From Stramenopiles sp. TOSAG23-3 (Eukaryota): a DNA stretch of 52,008 nucleotides. The notes under the pieces are model-generated. The model ran no database searches. It was not told where the DNA came from and worked only from the letters and a program-made list of their open reading frames with translations. Made by a program: the position numbers and the translations under genes. Each line of letters begins with the position of its first letter. The first letter of the stretch is position 1. This document shows positions 31,301 to 38,924 of the stretch, in pieces. The stretch covers positions 1 to 52,008 of the forward strand of contig LT642161.1 in assembly GCA_900128585.1 (NCBI GenBank), given 5' to 3'.

Positions 31301-32038
31301 TTGCGCACCTTGAATAAGCAAACCACGAATGTGCAGAGCGGTTCGCCCAATTACGACAAAGTTTTGCAGCGAATGAATCATGCAGATTTGAAATTTCTTG
31401 CTGCACCGGCCCTTCGTTGCTTGCCGAAGCGGTCGCTCGCGCTAGGATCGTATTTGACTGGCGACGACAGACTCGTTCTCAAGTGCCACCGGGACGCGCG
31501 GAAAAACAAAGGGCGTATTTATGGTTACTACCAGCAACTGCGGCGGATCTCCAACCGCAAACATTATATTCATGCCGGCTTTCCCATGAAAGTGTTGAAG
31601 TTCACCCTTTTGTCTGTTTTCGACAGCACACCTGTAGACGCACTGGTTTCGCAACTCGTTATCGGAGCAAAAAAATGGCACAAAACAGTTCTTCAATCTA
31701 CAGTTCCCCGACAATTGATGGGCGCGCTTTTGCTGCTGGAATCGGGAATAAGGGAGGACGTATTGGCCGACTGGTACAAATTTAGTTACACCTACAAGTA
31801 CCAGGCTTTTAAGAAAAAGGGGGGTTCTGCAGGCAAGAGTCTTTCGGTTGATGGCGCTGCGACGCTAATGGCAAATGCGACTAGCGCGTTAGTGATGTCT
31901 CGTTTGTTGGCATTGGACGAGGCCATAAACTATAAGTTTTCAGGGGGGAAAGGACGAGGGGGAAAGCGCTCCTCCTCTGGTGGTTCAGGACGGTCTACCA
32001 AAAGGAGCAAGAAAACAACAGCGAAACACTCTTTGTAA
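22397..32038 (+). CDS. 3213-aa multidomain chromatin regulator of the DDT/WHIM (BAZ1/ACF1/MBD9-like) class
   Basis: FYRN/FYRC (AYHTEKTLYPNGY...FFGLSHPEV), coiled coil, DDT (SAWHFLSQFGDVLGI...TLHTRILRALL, TWPEILRQYL), bromodomain (PLDLRII...F.NDVHLVWTNCRAY), PHD (CDRCESAFHLHSLEPKL..VP.GEWHCPYC), PWWP (LVWARI..KPYWPG...VYFFGD), D/E tract, WHIM1 (YESL...ERFQILHFLCD), Zn-ribbon CxxC pairs, second FYR (YHAEHYLYPIGF...GPDMFGLS), WHIM2 (LGTDRLGSRYY). Confidence 0.9.
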   Translation: MPPKSTKMPLPSAGGAAPKSTKRPLPSEGSAGAPQPPNAPSSKKKKKKQTTPKNTAKGNKRPRVDSEEAARRAMATMREKVKKATEGAIDIVDKGFTCLIVPRPSGGRDLYFVTPDGKKHKNCRDILKRFKVEFDMTKSAEECWKEAKLVKGIDKFSIKKNNEGKRCQIKGIDFFSGSEAFGAVPNVVVIELGDILTNQLVNDPAYHTEKTLYPNGYETQCFFWSYFGARDNMLEYRNKVTLGTNGPVFQVWASPPDPDLSGDHAKKILAEGASPGEAWVKVFDMVNGGRGPGNYLYFTDPFKGVLGNFFFGLSHPEVLQLFEGRLEGILGCKSYKFLQQRVGGLQKQAQEWYKFERQLTQALGKARKEATKKNESFRAAEAKKIARGKAKKEKLLAKHRNAEEREAAKLQRLAEKEEERRKKLKAEEEKKAEKLRLKQEEAEKKQLAKEERAAKAKLTKAKKAEELLRKKKEQALKAALQKKQKAERLMRIAKEKEERKAKSKMVKLVDKSAPPRSRGGRARGGAGSKGRKINNKIQSSERSEFFKAMKEVYKRTNANKKAARDQAVALKREQYELSLRQQTVACKQEKQRLYSVKSLIKASSKMADSYHKEQARQIRDTIKDKFLEQVNGVSTDGGKRDISFEGSYGIEHLAEEHFTAEEPITPGETVFPFPEASVGKMVGNGLEDHALSAWHFLSQFGDVLGIFPRTKLVVPREDSSSDESSEEEEDGDKGEDGQGSAKGPAVPEKPKSPVKRRSSSRLQSIAPGAKMEVKGDDGQNPKSPGVDQDMDGSGTESDDSGDEEDDDEAEEEKIMRTIEDLEEALDSSDSEYEDQADVNNDPALDVHASSGFLSKKPKLERLSLEHLCTVLHDPSAAIEEDRAWIDTLHTRILRALLQHLCEDTEYRFTYEDATLDKKFEVLRRSCNILTWPEILRQYLFLQAACLRFTAKDNQKFYSWGGGVKNNFEVAPGKRHSAALLFRPNTPKNVVPADELTIQALRKQLAGPLDGAENVDVPEFEEEEEEEEEYGQASAIGCAKYLSNQGRSMGWCDRRAEQEVHGVEAGDIDFTIKLPQWAKVIMETPKCSEKKGHAVVRRSIEKAIKKLNDVHPSARDFTFMQALTRALALLDGADPGSWKISKRVAVDTVFTFCAEESIFNEAELRYSDDESAASINMPCASVIAYHRDRVHRLNDVSKKCYAVLMRLFFFGRTQKTSIQEFCVPVLARDYKKFVVRPLDLRIIYDRVMVSGYQSEIEFKNDVHLVWTNCRAYCSDRYPEMVVLMEKNADLFERQFTAVFNGRGSPWNDWYGLPHWYGCYFNEKQENVDQSLCHVSARAASSKNRLIVCDRCESAFHLHSLEPKLETVPRGEWHCPYCETSTLVKELAHLPRCTKLKRKSTTMTVTLRKARAGRYVKKQISRSMVGYAEPFVGEIKSWAPSVGFKVDYGDAEGFELMSWEELYVVLSAMEVEMDAKFIAEVDREADKPLKEEEAKPKVDVPQMHGKQAIFPHVGLPVILQDGRIGVVQGANTEGVLVTQGETLSTISHGEFESILASIEGEKSPFAQKGPRASKLINLDIGSSPTTDLVMSGKLVWARISKKKPYWPGELVKQESSRSRKHTVYFFGDDKWAKVNKRSTFVKPYLGQPGEIDAILSKFHIRKSGVMWKTLMKGIEMFKARAEHIAGGKDKPEDEEDEEDEEDEEDEDEDEDEDDENEEDEDEDEDDEDEDASEQAEEDAFLSGGQGTRKWCWNIASRLSRNEYESLKPGERFQILHFLCDCAAGLEQFRDVVDERQKEYRTHHKELTDRGKEIKQPNGGYIPQRQRKIKGAFIKRLFQKKESEKSDDKEPSADATMASAGQPGLTGQQISGSGTGANAVEQKSDGKEAVGSDAKPEPVVFEKVPNIIFHEITQKWYSSYDEGPVNHMVGLFDTEEEAREACRAFLSLKPEESLLAAAKKSMSDVSPTPPAFRAGQHAQMVPIQRSRMNNKTDKRVGITSDTDPELKYPRSTLRSIVAPLAALMVEHAEEMLHKQNKEKDVAEPYQFMLHDWKNSGAMEEKMYKVIGSFGIRKGYDIMYALSPMGVTARVEIENRSQKHIPLFRWYGLDKIGPIVAALRKEAIDGVERANSLVLPPLEKINVETIATELLRMFVSLAVAQKERCEWKDAVAYVGRGSKQLSDNASRRINDIMHVWKALGLLRHMPGRNRWSDGILLNLDCFAGGEACTNLYTDSVKQVTTKMRSRAPVQPLLSPVVLPRAAMPVSSASPAQSNGQTATSQTPVKSPGDDQGNSAPSAACTPGSAIVPSGHVSPENMSFSSLQVFFITALNAPAASGKLVPKRVPTNSDLWPNTTHLDARDFKHHTTCDKSIEEYETEKKKNDAARKMLEEEESKLFDKRTPPAGHEAPARSCVTCSRCSQVHFNVQSDVIQCMSCSTFIWCGQEEGVSRIQQIGGRGKSANGDVSASELDCRFCSQKLMLPFEVLRKRKTSAGMYCVQVKTSPQLFRPWGGPDTLKCGGMFRCYRCKSIHCIAVEYIEGSEKAITQSTPGKKVEKDNGSATESETESEGEGIDAQADPNKAPAEGAFTVKIVVKGVIPCMDMIYAKSCENLKNTSLPLVSGSHKYTSWGVLPQNPEKLAKYHAEHYLYPIGFKSHREYWDVAAPAEKCVYVSAIEDGGMEGPLYTVTKLADPSIRFQNNTPSGVWKNLLEAISEAKAKRGQESTNSGTAISGPDMFGLSKADAYNVMQGLPGANKCRAYQFRGVMAFFALQNTDQSDVENFMESFMNSNNEAEDFRKIHKGFGRKLGQINRLKNELVNVRKGLRAMMREQEEKVRRLQMRRDILRIQYAKKYEDKLSVQEEKKSKESKHELRAKIRKECADLFDLQTFYIRSMLVRKDTGINCFLGTDRLGSRYYVLGGSCARLFIETKENRENFLISKPSEIEDIMDFLEPTGVNEGPLLKEIWRLKTLLLRTLNKQTTNVQSGSPNYDKVLQRMNHADLKFLAAPALRCLPKRSLALGSYLTGDDRLVLKCHRDARKNKGRIYGYYQQLRRISNRKHYIHAGFPMKVLKFTLLSVFDSTPVDALVSQLVIGAKKWHKTVLQSTVPRQLMGALLLLESGIREDVLADWYKFSYTYKYQAFKKKGGSAGKSLSVDGAATLMANATSALVMSRLLALDEAINYKFSGGKGRGGKRSSSGGSGRSTKRSKKTTAKHSL
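27464..27580 (+). repeat. Coding GAG/GAC/GAT trinucleotide tract (poly-Asp/Glu)
   Basis: EDEEDEEDEEDEEDEDEDED... in the 3213-aa ORF. Confidence 0.9.
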
Positions 32039-32109
32039 AGGAGGAGATGTGTTACTCGAAGGGTTAGCTCCCTTTCTTTAAGAAATTCTTACGAAGTACG
32101 TGTTTGTAC

Positions 32110-32290
32110 AAAAACAACAAATTGGCTGTTGTTCGTGTTTTTACTTATGATATGTTAGTATGCATATTAAAAACAAGAAAATTGGTTGTTACTTACGTAA
32201 TTGAAATCAAGAAAATTGGCTGTTATTTAAGAAAAAAACAAATTATAGTACATTTCCAAGGTTTACAGTTCCTTCATGCACTGCAACTTA
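32110..32290 (+). repeat. Repeat family I: three tandem core copies plus a distal block
   Basis: Cores at 32110..32133, 32166..32202 and 32208..32231; block 32250..32290 is shared with 14669..14708. Confidence 0.7.
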
Positions 32291-32559
32291 TCTTTTCGTA
32301 TGATAATTAAAATAATTAATGTACTGATTTTTTGATTTTTTTAATTTCGTTATCATAGTTGTCAATCACTATCTATGATATGATAAAAGGAATTGGCTAC
32401 CAGGTGATAATTTTTCTTTTCTTGTGAAGTAAAGGTGATGTGTACACAACAAATCGATCCGATTCCCAATCATAGTCCCTGATAAGCAATAGATATATTT
32501 AGTCTTCAAGAATTAATCGTATGTTCTTACGAAGTAACAAGCAGTTACATTTTAACTTG

Positions 32560-34002
32560 TCACAGCCTTTCCTTTTTCATAAACTCAGGGACATAGAGAA
32601 ACAAGTGCCTTTGCGGTCGGTATAGGACGCGGTTCAGAGGATAAAACGGAACAACTTTACTCTTTTTGCAAAGAAAGGAAAAAAAGTCTGCAGCAAACGT
32701 TTGGCAATTCTTGTCCTCTTCAGAGTAGTTGGGATGGTTTCCAATATAATTTGTCACATAAATGAGCAGGTCATCCATTCCGCAGTGGTATAACTGGACT
32801 GGCTCGCTTTGAGCTAGTTCGGGGTTTAGGAACCTCGCTTTCGGGTCTCCTTCTTTTGCGTATTTAGACAGGTATTCTTGAAATTCTTCTGCAGATTTTG
32901 CGGGATGATCTGCCACCCGGATCTCCGAAAACTTGCTAAACCATGGCATTTTCATACAATTCGGCATGCTCTCGAGCAGTTTTGGCCGAGGACTATCCTT
33001 ATCTTCGACCCAGTTGCTTTTGCCACCATACCCTGAAATTCCATTCAACCAAGCCAGCTCAAACACGGTAGTATATTGTCCATGGTCCCATTCTACAAGG
33101 ACGAAACTGTGGTACGTTACCAAATCCTTGAATCCCACTTTCTTCACTGCATACCGGTGAGCAAAATGGTGCGCCATAGTTGCTTGGGAGATCCATCCCT
33201 TACTACCGGTTTTACCGGATGCAGAGTTTATGTCGGCACGTAGCTGCGTTACGATATTTGTCCCATAGGTCATCGTTGGGATTAGGTTGTTACGAAACGT
33301 GGAATAGTAAAACACTCGCCCGGGACTGTCTTTGCTCCAACCATACTTTGTCCATGTTGGGCACCTAAGGGTGGCTCTCACACTTTGGACTCGTTTATCA
33401 GTAGGAAAACTGGGTTTGTTACCGTTGTTTTTTTTAGCGTCCCAGAATCTGCGAATTGACTGCCTTCCCAAAATGCTTTTTACTTTACAGGTAATGGACA
33501 ACACCTCTAAATCTTGTAGTGCTGGCCATCCATTCAATATCCCGCTAAATATCCAGCGACCGCCTTCTGTTTGAACAAGGGACCCAAAAAAGTCACTGCT
33601 TCGAACATGTGGAATGGGGCGACGTGGTTTCAGCCTGCCGTTTGCCAGCAAATGCTTTGGATTGCAATAATTATCGTGCACTATGTTCGCGTGAATGATC
33701 AAGCCTCCTTCGCTGCTGTCGAGTTTGGACGCCTCGGCGGTCGTCTTCGGTTGATTGTAAAGGTCTAGGCAACTGTCGCGCCGTTCTAACCCTCTAACCC
33801 TCCGGCTAAAATTACCCTGCCCCCCATCCCCGATTGGTTCTTTAAAACTTCCATCATCAAACGCGGAATCATTATCAGAATCAACCATCATGCCAATATC
33901 ATCATCCGACTCGACATGGTCATACACCTGACAACTGCTGAAGCGAGCAGCATAAGGGGAGGGTGCAAGCACCCCTTCGCTATTGAGCAATAATGACGCC
34001 AT
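32560..34002 (-). CDS. Hypothetical protein with a putative permuted papain-like (PPPDE/LRAT-like) C-terminal domain
   Basis: YHSFVLVEW (candidate catalytic His) ... YSEEDKNCQTFAADFFSFL (Y.....NCxxFA Cys motif). Start taken at MASLLL; the frame is open to 34122. Confidence 0.6.
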   Translation of the reverse strand: MASLLLNSEGVLAPSPYAARFSSCQVYDHVESDDDIGMMVDSDNDSAFDDGSFKEPIGDGGQGNFSRRVRGLERRDSCLDLYNQPKTTAEASKLDSSEGGLIIHANIVHDNYCNPKHLLANGRLKPRRPIPHVRSSDFFGSLVQTEGGRWIFSGILNGWPALQDLEVLSITCKVKSILGRQSIRRFWDAKKNNGNKPSFPTDKRVQSVRATLRCPTWTKYGWSKDSPGRVFYYSTFRNNLIPTMTYGTNIVTQLRADINSASGKTGSKGWISQATMAHHFAHRYAVKKVGFKDLVTYHSFVLVEWDHGQYTTVFELAWLNGISGYGGKSNWVEDKDSPRPKLLESMPNCMKMPWFSKFSEIRVADHPAKSAEEFQEYLSKYAKEGDPKARFLNPELAQSEPVQLYHCGMDDLLIYVTNYIGNHPNYSEEDKNCQTFAADFFSFLCKKSKVVPFYPLNRVLYRPQRHLFLYVPEFMKKERL

Positions 34003-34552
34003 CTTGTTCGATTTCGCTTGTTTATTTGTTTGGTCGTGTCGTTCTCGACACCTTTCTAGGCCTCGCTTATCTTTTTTCTTTCTATCGTTGTTCTCTCTCA
34101 CCCCCCCCCCCCCACCCTTCATCTATATGATTTGATATATTTAAGTATTGGTAAAACAAATGGGAGAAGGACAACGACCGGAAGATTAATAAGTAGTGGG
34201 ATTTTGAAGGAAATATAGGAGGGTTGCTGCTGCATGCATGCTGCAAAAAAAAAAAATAAGTTAGCGAAGAAAACACTTTCTTTTTATTAGACTATATTAT
34301 TAATGAACAAATGATGATCGAAGAAATAATAATATTTTTAAATGTGTTTTTAAGGAAAACCATGAAAATAGTTGGGTGGTCAAAAAGTGCAGGAGGTAAT
34401 AATGTCTCTATAGAATAAGTACAATATTAGAATACGAAATATCATGGCTATTAATAAAAAACCTTATAGGTATTGGAGGAGGGTCATTTTATACCTTTCT
34501 TTTTGTTTAAACAATTCAACCGCAACACCCTTTTTAAGCTCTTCTCCTAATT

Positions 34553-36331
34553 TTAATGGAACACTTCATTTTCGTCTTCTGAAGTTTCATCATCGTCTTT
34601 GTCATCTGTTAAATATTCACTGGTTATTGAGTCTCGATCTTCTTCCTTTTCTGTAAATGGGACGCCATCGTCTGGTCCATCTTCTGGGACAACAACGTCT
34701 AAGACCGAACGGGTGAGGTTCTCGCAAGATGCAAAGTTTAAATTGACACCTTGCAGTTCCAACTCCAACTGTTGCGGTTGCATTGGTGCAGTAAACTTGA
34801 AGGTAAACGTTTTTTTGTTTTTGCATAGTTCCGACCCATCGACGAGGCATGCGCCAATAATCAGATTTCTTGTCGGTACCCTCAGAACAATCAACCAGCG
34901 CTCCAGCAAAGCTGGGTCAACATCGCCTGTTGTGCCAGTTGCCGTTCCCCGGGTATACACTGTGTCGACGCCAGGAGACGTTATGTTGCTAGTTTCTCCT
35001 AAATAAGATGAGAGCGACACGCCATTTTTTGGGCCCCCCTTTCGCTCTACATTTACTGTGCAAGTGACCAAATCTCCAACACCAATCTCGCTTTCGTCCA
35101 ATACCTCGGTTTTCAGCGAGAGGGATATGCTCGGCAGGGGATGCCCCACTTCATCGTTTTGGATCTTCTTGACCTTTGCATCGTCAAGTCCAAAAGATAT
35201 CCCCTGCGATAACAAACCAAACAGTTTCCCCACCGTGTTTGTCAATGTCATGTCATTTGTCTTTATTGCTTCTTGTAACATAATCAAGAGCGTCGCGTGG
35301 ACAGTTTTAAGAAGGTTCAATAGATTATCTGCAACAAAATTTTCCAGGGCGTTGTTTCCCTTCTTGTTCGACGTATCGCCTAGGCTAAATTTGGAGCGGA
35401 TCCCCTTCGTACGCCGCCTCAAGTGAATCTGCAAGAGCATTTCGCTCAGCAAAACCTTTCGTTCACCAGCCTTTTTTTCCCCGAGTACCGACGAGAAGTA
35501 AAACTCGGACAATTCTTTCTCAAGTGTTTTCCCCTCTTCACCGCATGTACTAGTCTTACGACCAGCGTCCTTCGCCCATTGGTTGGCAGTTAGGTCGCAC
35601 GCCATTGCAAGAGCACGGACAATGACGTCTTCGGTAGGAGTGCCATTGGTTTCAAAAAGGTTTTCCCGGATGCACGCCTTCACCTCTCTCCGTAATCGCT
35701 CTTGGTTTGGTCGATTGCTCCGGATGCAACAAAAATATATGCAGAAAGGGAACCCAATCAATCCAAGTACGTATATTAGCATTACTGCGCCCGCGCCGTT
35801 TTCAGATGGTAGTAGAAACGACGGCAACAATTTGACTCTGTAAACTTGGGCTCCGTCCGGATGCCCGTGCATCTTCCAGTTCCTCCACGCTTTTTTGTCC
35901 GTCAACGTCCTGTGGGCCTCGGAGACTTCTCTGAACTTTTTGGCGTTGCCATTTGGCTTGTCCGGGTGAAATTTGAGACTCATTTTGCGGTAGGCCTTTT
36001 TTACCACCCTTTTCGAGGATCCCTCTGGAATATTCAGAATCATATAGGGGTCCGGTAGGTCCTCTACGGTTTTTACTTGCCCGAGATAGTTGTAAAAGAT
36101 TGCCCACGCAGCCACGAACACCGCCAAATGAAGGAAGAAGAAAGAAGAGAGGGGCCTCCCCCTCTGCTGTTTGCCATTGTTGTTGCCGTGCGCCTTCTGT
36201 TCAGCCGCACTGCGACAAAAAATACACCGGAAGAGTTTACTGATAAAGTAGAAACTGGCGGGAACCAAATAGACCAAGAGTGCCAGAAGCAAAAGGACCG
36301 TGGTGTCGTCCCCGTCCTCTGTTGCGGACAT
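34553..36331 (-). CDS. SEC63: Translocon subunit Sec63-like J-domain membrane protein
   Basis: TM1-TM2, then DPYMILNI...KKAYRKMSLKFHPDK...AHRTLTD...NW..HGHPDG, then LPSFLL and TM3; C-terminal Ig-like part (EIGVGDLVTCTVNVER...ERWLIVL...FKFTAP) and an acidic tail. Confidence 0.9.
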   Translation of the reverse strand: MSATEDGDDTTVLLLLALLVYLVPASFYFISKLFRCIFCRSAAEQKAHGNNNGKQQRGRPLSSFFFLHLAVFVAAWAIFYNYLGQVKTVEDLPDPYMILNIPEGSSKRVVKKAYRKMSLKFHPDKPNGNAKKFREVSEAHRTLTDKKAWRNWKMHGHPDGAQVYRVKLLPSFLLPSENGAGAVMLIYVLGLIGFPFCIYFCCIRSNRPNQERLRREVKACIRENLFETNGTPTEDVIVRALAMACDLTANQWAKDAGRKTSTCGEEGKTLEKELSEFYFSSVLGEKKAGERKVLLSEMLLQIHLRRRTKGIRSKFSLGDTSNKKGNNALENFVADNLLNLLKTVHATLLIMLQEAIKTNDMTLTNTVGKLFGLLSQGISFGLDDAKVKKIQNDEVGHPLPSISLSLKTEVLDESEIGVGDLVTCTVNVERKGGPKNGVSLSSYLGETSNITSPGVDTVYTRGTATGTTGDVDPALLERWLIVLRVPTRNLIIGACLVDGSELCKNKKTFTFKFTAPMQPQQLELELQGVNLNFASCENLTRSVLDVVVPEDGPDDGVPFTEKEEDRDSITSEYLTDDKDDDETSEDENEVFH

Positions 36332-36639
36332 TGATTGTTTCCAATCAAGCGTTTCGATTAAATGCAACAAGTAACCAAACTATTGCAAACACGTACTACA
36401 ATACAATTCTAACACGCACGTATGTGCTAAATTCTGTCGGAACGTCCTTTTAGCTTTTAAGAAACTTCAATGATTATCTGTATAAAAAATTTGTTTATAT
36501 ATTTAATATAATATAATATTATATATTAAACATAATATCATATAATAATTAATAAAAATATAAAAAATAAATAAATAATACAGTATTTTATTATTAAAAA
36601 ATAATAAAATATAAATTAAAAGACAACACCACCACCTAC

Positions 36640-36750
36640 ACAGTATACAGTGGTTGTTCATTTACATATACCCAGCACCCATAAATACTGCCCCGAGCAA
36701 ATTATAATAGGATTTGTACAACACTACTGTACCAAATTGTTCAGGATAAG
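36640..36750 (+). repeat. Diverged direct repeat A1 (partner at about 38475..38580) flanking the FG-GAP-like gene
   Basis: taataggatttgtacaacactactgtaccaaatt versus taataggatgtgtacaataatactatactaaatt, plus a shared upstream cattt.atata...gcaccca and downstream ataagta. Confidence 0.5.
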
Positions 36751-36884
36751 TACAGGTATAAGCAGGTTGCGTGATACCATGTCGATGTTTAGACCCGATA
36801 TGTACTCAGTACCCAAGGAATTTTCATCAGATAGCACATATACTTGTATTTTTGAGATTTTAAAATTTGTAAACATGTTAAATG

Positions 36885-38159
36885 TTACATAACAAATAAA
36901 ATTCCTAATTGTATCATGAAGAACGAAAGGTAATTGGGGAGACAGTGGGCGCCAACACTAAGTTTATTGGGTGAAGTAGATGTGGTGTTGCCTGCGCTTG
37001 TTGTCGTAGTGGCTACTTCTGTGCTTGTGGTGTTGCCTGCGCTAGTCGTCGGAGCTTCAGTAGTTGTCGTTGTCGGGGCTTCGGTGGTGGTTGTAGTTTC
37101 CATAATGTTCGCAAAGATAAACGCTTTCTTTGCACCAGATGCACCTACAATAGTGTAATCGTCTGTTATTGCAGTGGACTGTCCAAAAGATGTTTCATTG
37201 GTGTAACCGTCAATCGTTGTAACTGCGGTCGTGCCCCACACGCCATTATTTTTGGCAAAGATAAATGCTTTGTTTGTAGTACTTCCGAAAATAGCGTAGT
37301 TGTCCGTCATGGCAAAGGATGTACCAAAGCTATTTTCACTGGTGTACCCGTCGATCGTTGCAACGGCGGTCGTGTTCCATACACCGTTGCTGTTAGCAAA
37401 GATAAATGCTTTGTTTGTACCACTGACGAGAATAGCGTAGTTGTCCGTCATGGCAACGGAGATACCAAAGTTACCTTCACTTGTATACCCGTCGATCGTT
37501 GCAACGGCGGTCGTGTTCCATACACCGTTGTTAATAGCAAAGATAAATGCTTTCTTATCGATAAATGCACCAACAATGGCGTAATTGTCTGTCATCGCAA
37601 CAGAAAAACCAAAGAAACCACTTGCGTACCCGTCGATCGTTGCAACGGCGGTCGTGTTCCATACACCGTTGCTGATAGCAAAGATAAATGCTTTGCCTGC
37701 TGTCACTGTACCAATAATAGCATAGTTATTTGTTATGGCAACGGATGTACCAAAGCCACTTTCACTTGTGTACCCGTCGATCGTTGCAACGGCGGTCGTG
37801 TTCCATACACCGTTGTTAATAGCAAAGATAAATGCTTTTTGTGCGGTATATGCACCGACAATAGCATAGTTGTCCGTCATGGCAACGGAGTTACCAAAGT
37901 AACTTTCACTCGTGTACCCGTCGATCGTTGCATCGGCAGTCGTGCTCCATACACCATTGCTGATAGCAAAGATAAATGCTTTGTTTGCACTCCATGCACC
38001 GACAATAGCGTAGTTGTCTGTCATGGCAACGGAGTTCCCAAAATCATCCTCACTTGAGTACCCGTCGATCGTTGCAACAGCGGTCGTGTTCCACGCAGCA
38101 CGCGCGGAAGAAGCGAACGTTATTAACAAGAGAATCACCAGCGCTTTGGAGATACTCAT
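36885..38159 (-). CDS. Cell-surface 7-repeat FG-GAP-like beta-propeller with Thr-rich stalk and probable GPI signal
   Basis: Signal peptide; seven 47-48-aa repeats WNTTAVATIDGY....FG.SVAMTDNYAIVGA....KAFIFA; TTTTEAPTT stalk; hydrophobic C-terminus with no cytosolic tail. Confidence 0.88.
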   Translation of the reverse strand: MSISKALVILLLITFASSARAAWNTTAVATIDGYSSEDDFGNSVAMTDNYAIVGAWSANKAFIFAISNGVWSTTADATIDGYTSESYFGNSVAMTDNYAIVGAYTAQKAFIFAINNGVWNTTAVATIDGYTSESGFGTSVAITNNYAIIGTVTAGKAFIFAISNGVWNTTAVATIDGYASGFFGFSVAMTDNYAIVGAFIDKKAFIFAINNGVWNTTAVATIDGYTSEGNFGISVAMTDNYAILVSGTNKAFIFANSNGVWNTTAVATIDGYTSENSFGTSFAMTDNYAIFGSTTNKAFIFAKNNGVWGTTAVTTIDGYTNETSFGQSTAITDDYTIVGASGAKKAFIFANIMETTTTTEAPTTTTTEAPTTSAGNTTSTEVATTTTSAGNTTSTSPNKLSVGAHCLPNYLSFFMIQLGILFVM

Positions 38160-38611
38160 TTTTCTTATAATGCATACAAATAACCTTTGGTAATTGTTTT
38201 TTTAAGAACTAAAGATAATTTATCGTTTAAATTTTGTCAATAAGATTCCTTTTCTTTACGTGTTTATTGACAAACGGACTGCTAGTTATTACATTCGTTT
38301 CACCGTTCCCCCTTCTATTTTTTATTAATAAAAACTCCTCCTAGACATTACAGTACAAATATTTGTTAACTTCATGCTATATCGATATTAAGACATTAAT
38401 TCCATTCATTACCAATTCTTCTATGCTGATTACTATTAATTTCAAGGATAATTGTAATGTACCTATACATAGAATACAGTTATACTGGTACATTTCTATA
38501 TACGGCACCCAGGATTTGAGTGTGAATACTTCTAATAGGATGTGTACAATAATACTATACTAAATTCTGTACATAAGTATCTTTGGCAATGGTAACAAAA
38601 GTAATAAAATT

Positions 38612-38721
38612 ATTTATTAAATACTCCGAAAATCAGTTCGAGATAGGGATTAAGAGAACTAGTATACCATTAATTACATACAAGTACATTTTACAATGCA
38701 ACAAAAGTAGACTTTAGTAAC
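38612..38721 (+). repeat. ~110-bp direct repeat B1 (partner 44010..44118)
   Basis: Manual alignment gives about 12 differences over 110 bp; identical blocks are atttattaaatactccgaaaatcagtt, agaactagtataccattaa and ttacaatgcaacaaaagtagacttt. Confidence 0.9.
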
Positions 38722-38924
38722 ACTGCCAAATGCCGTACTCCCACGCAGTATTATTTTGATAGGTTGGGTCGTGTACGCTTTGTTGGTATTCTTGTATAAA
38801 GAGTTTCAACCAGTGGTTCGTCGTTCGTCGCAATAGATTTACAGATATTAAATAATAATAAAAAAACTTTAACGTTCTACGCATCCAATGCTTTAAGGGC
38901 TATTTTGGAATATTGTTGAATGTA

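Noticed and set aside
37100..38095. Regularly spaced conserved DNA blocks with variable intervals resembling a CRISPR array
   Set aside because: The period is 141-144 bp, always in frame, and lies inside a coding propeller gene; the intervals are homologous to each other and no cas genes are present.
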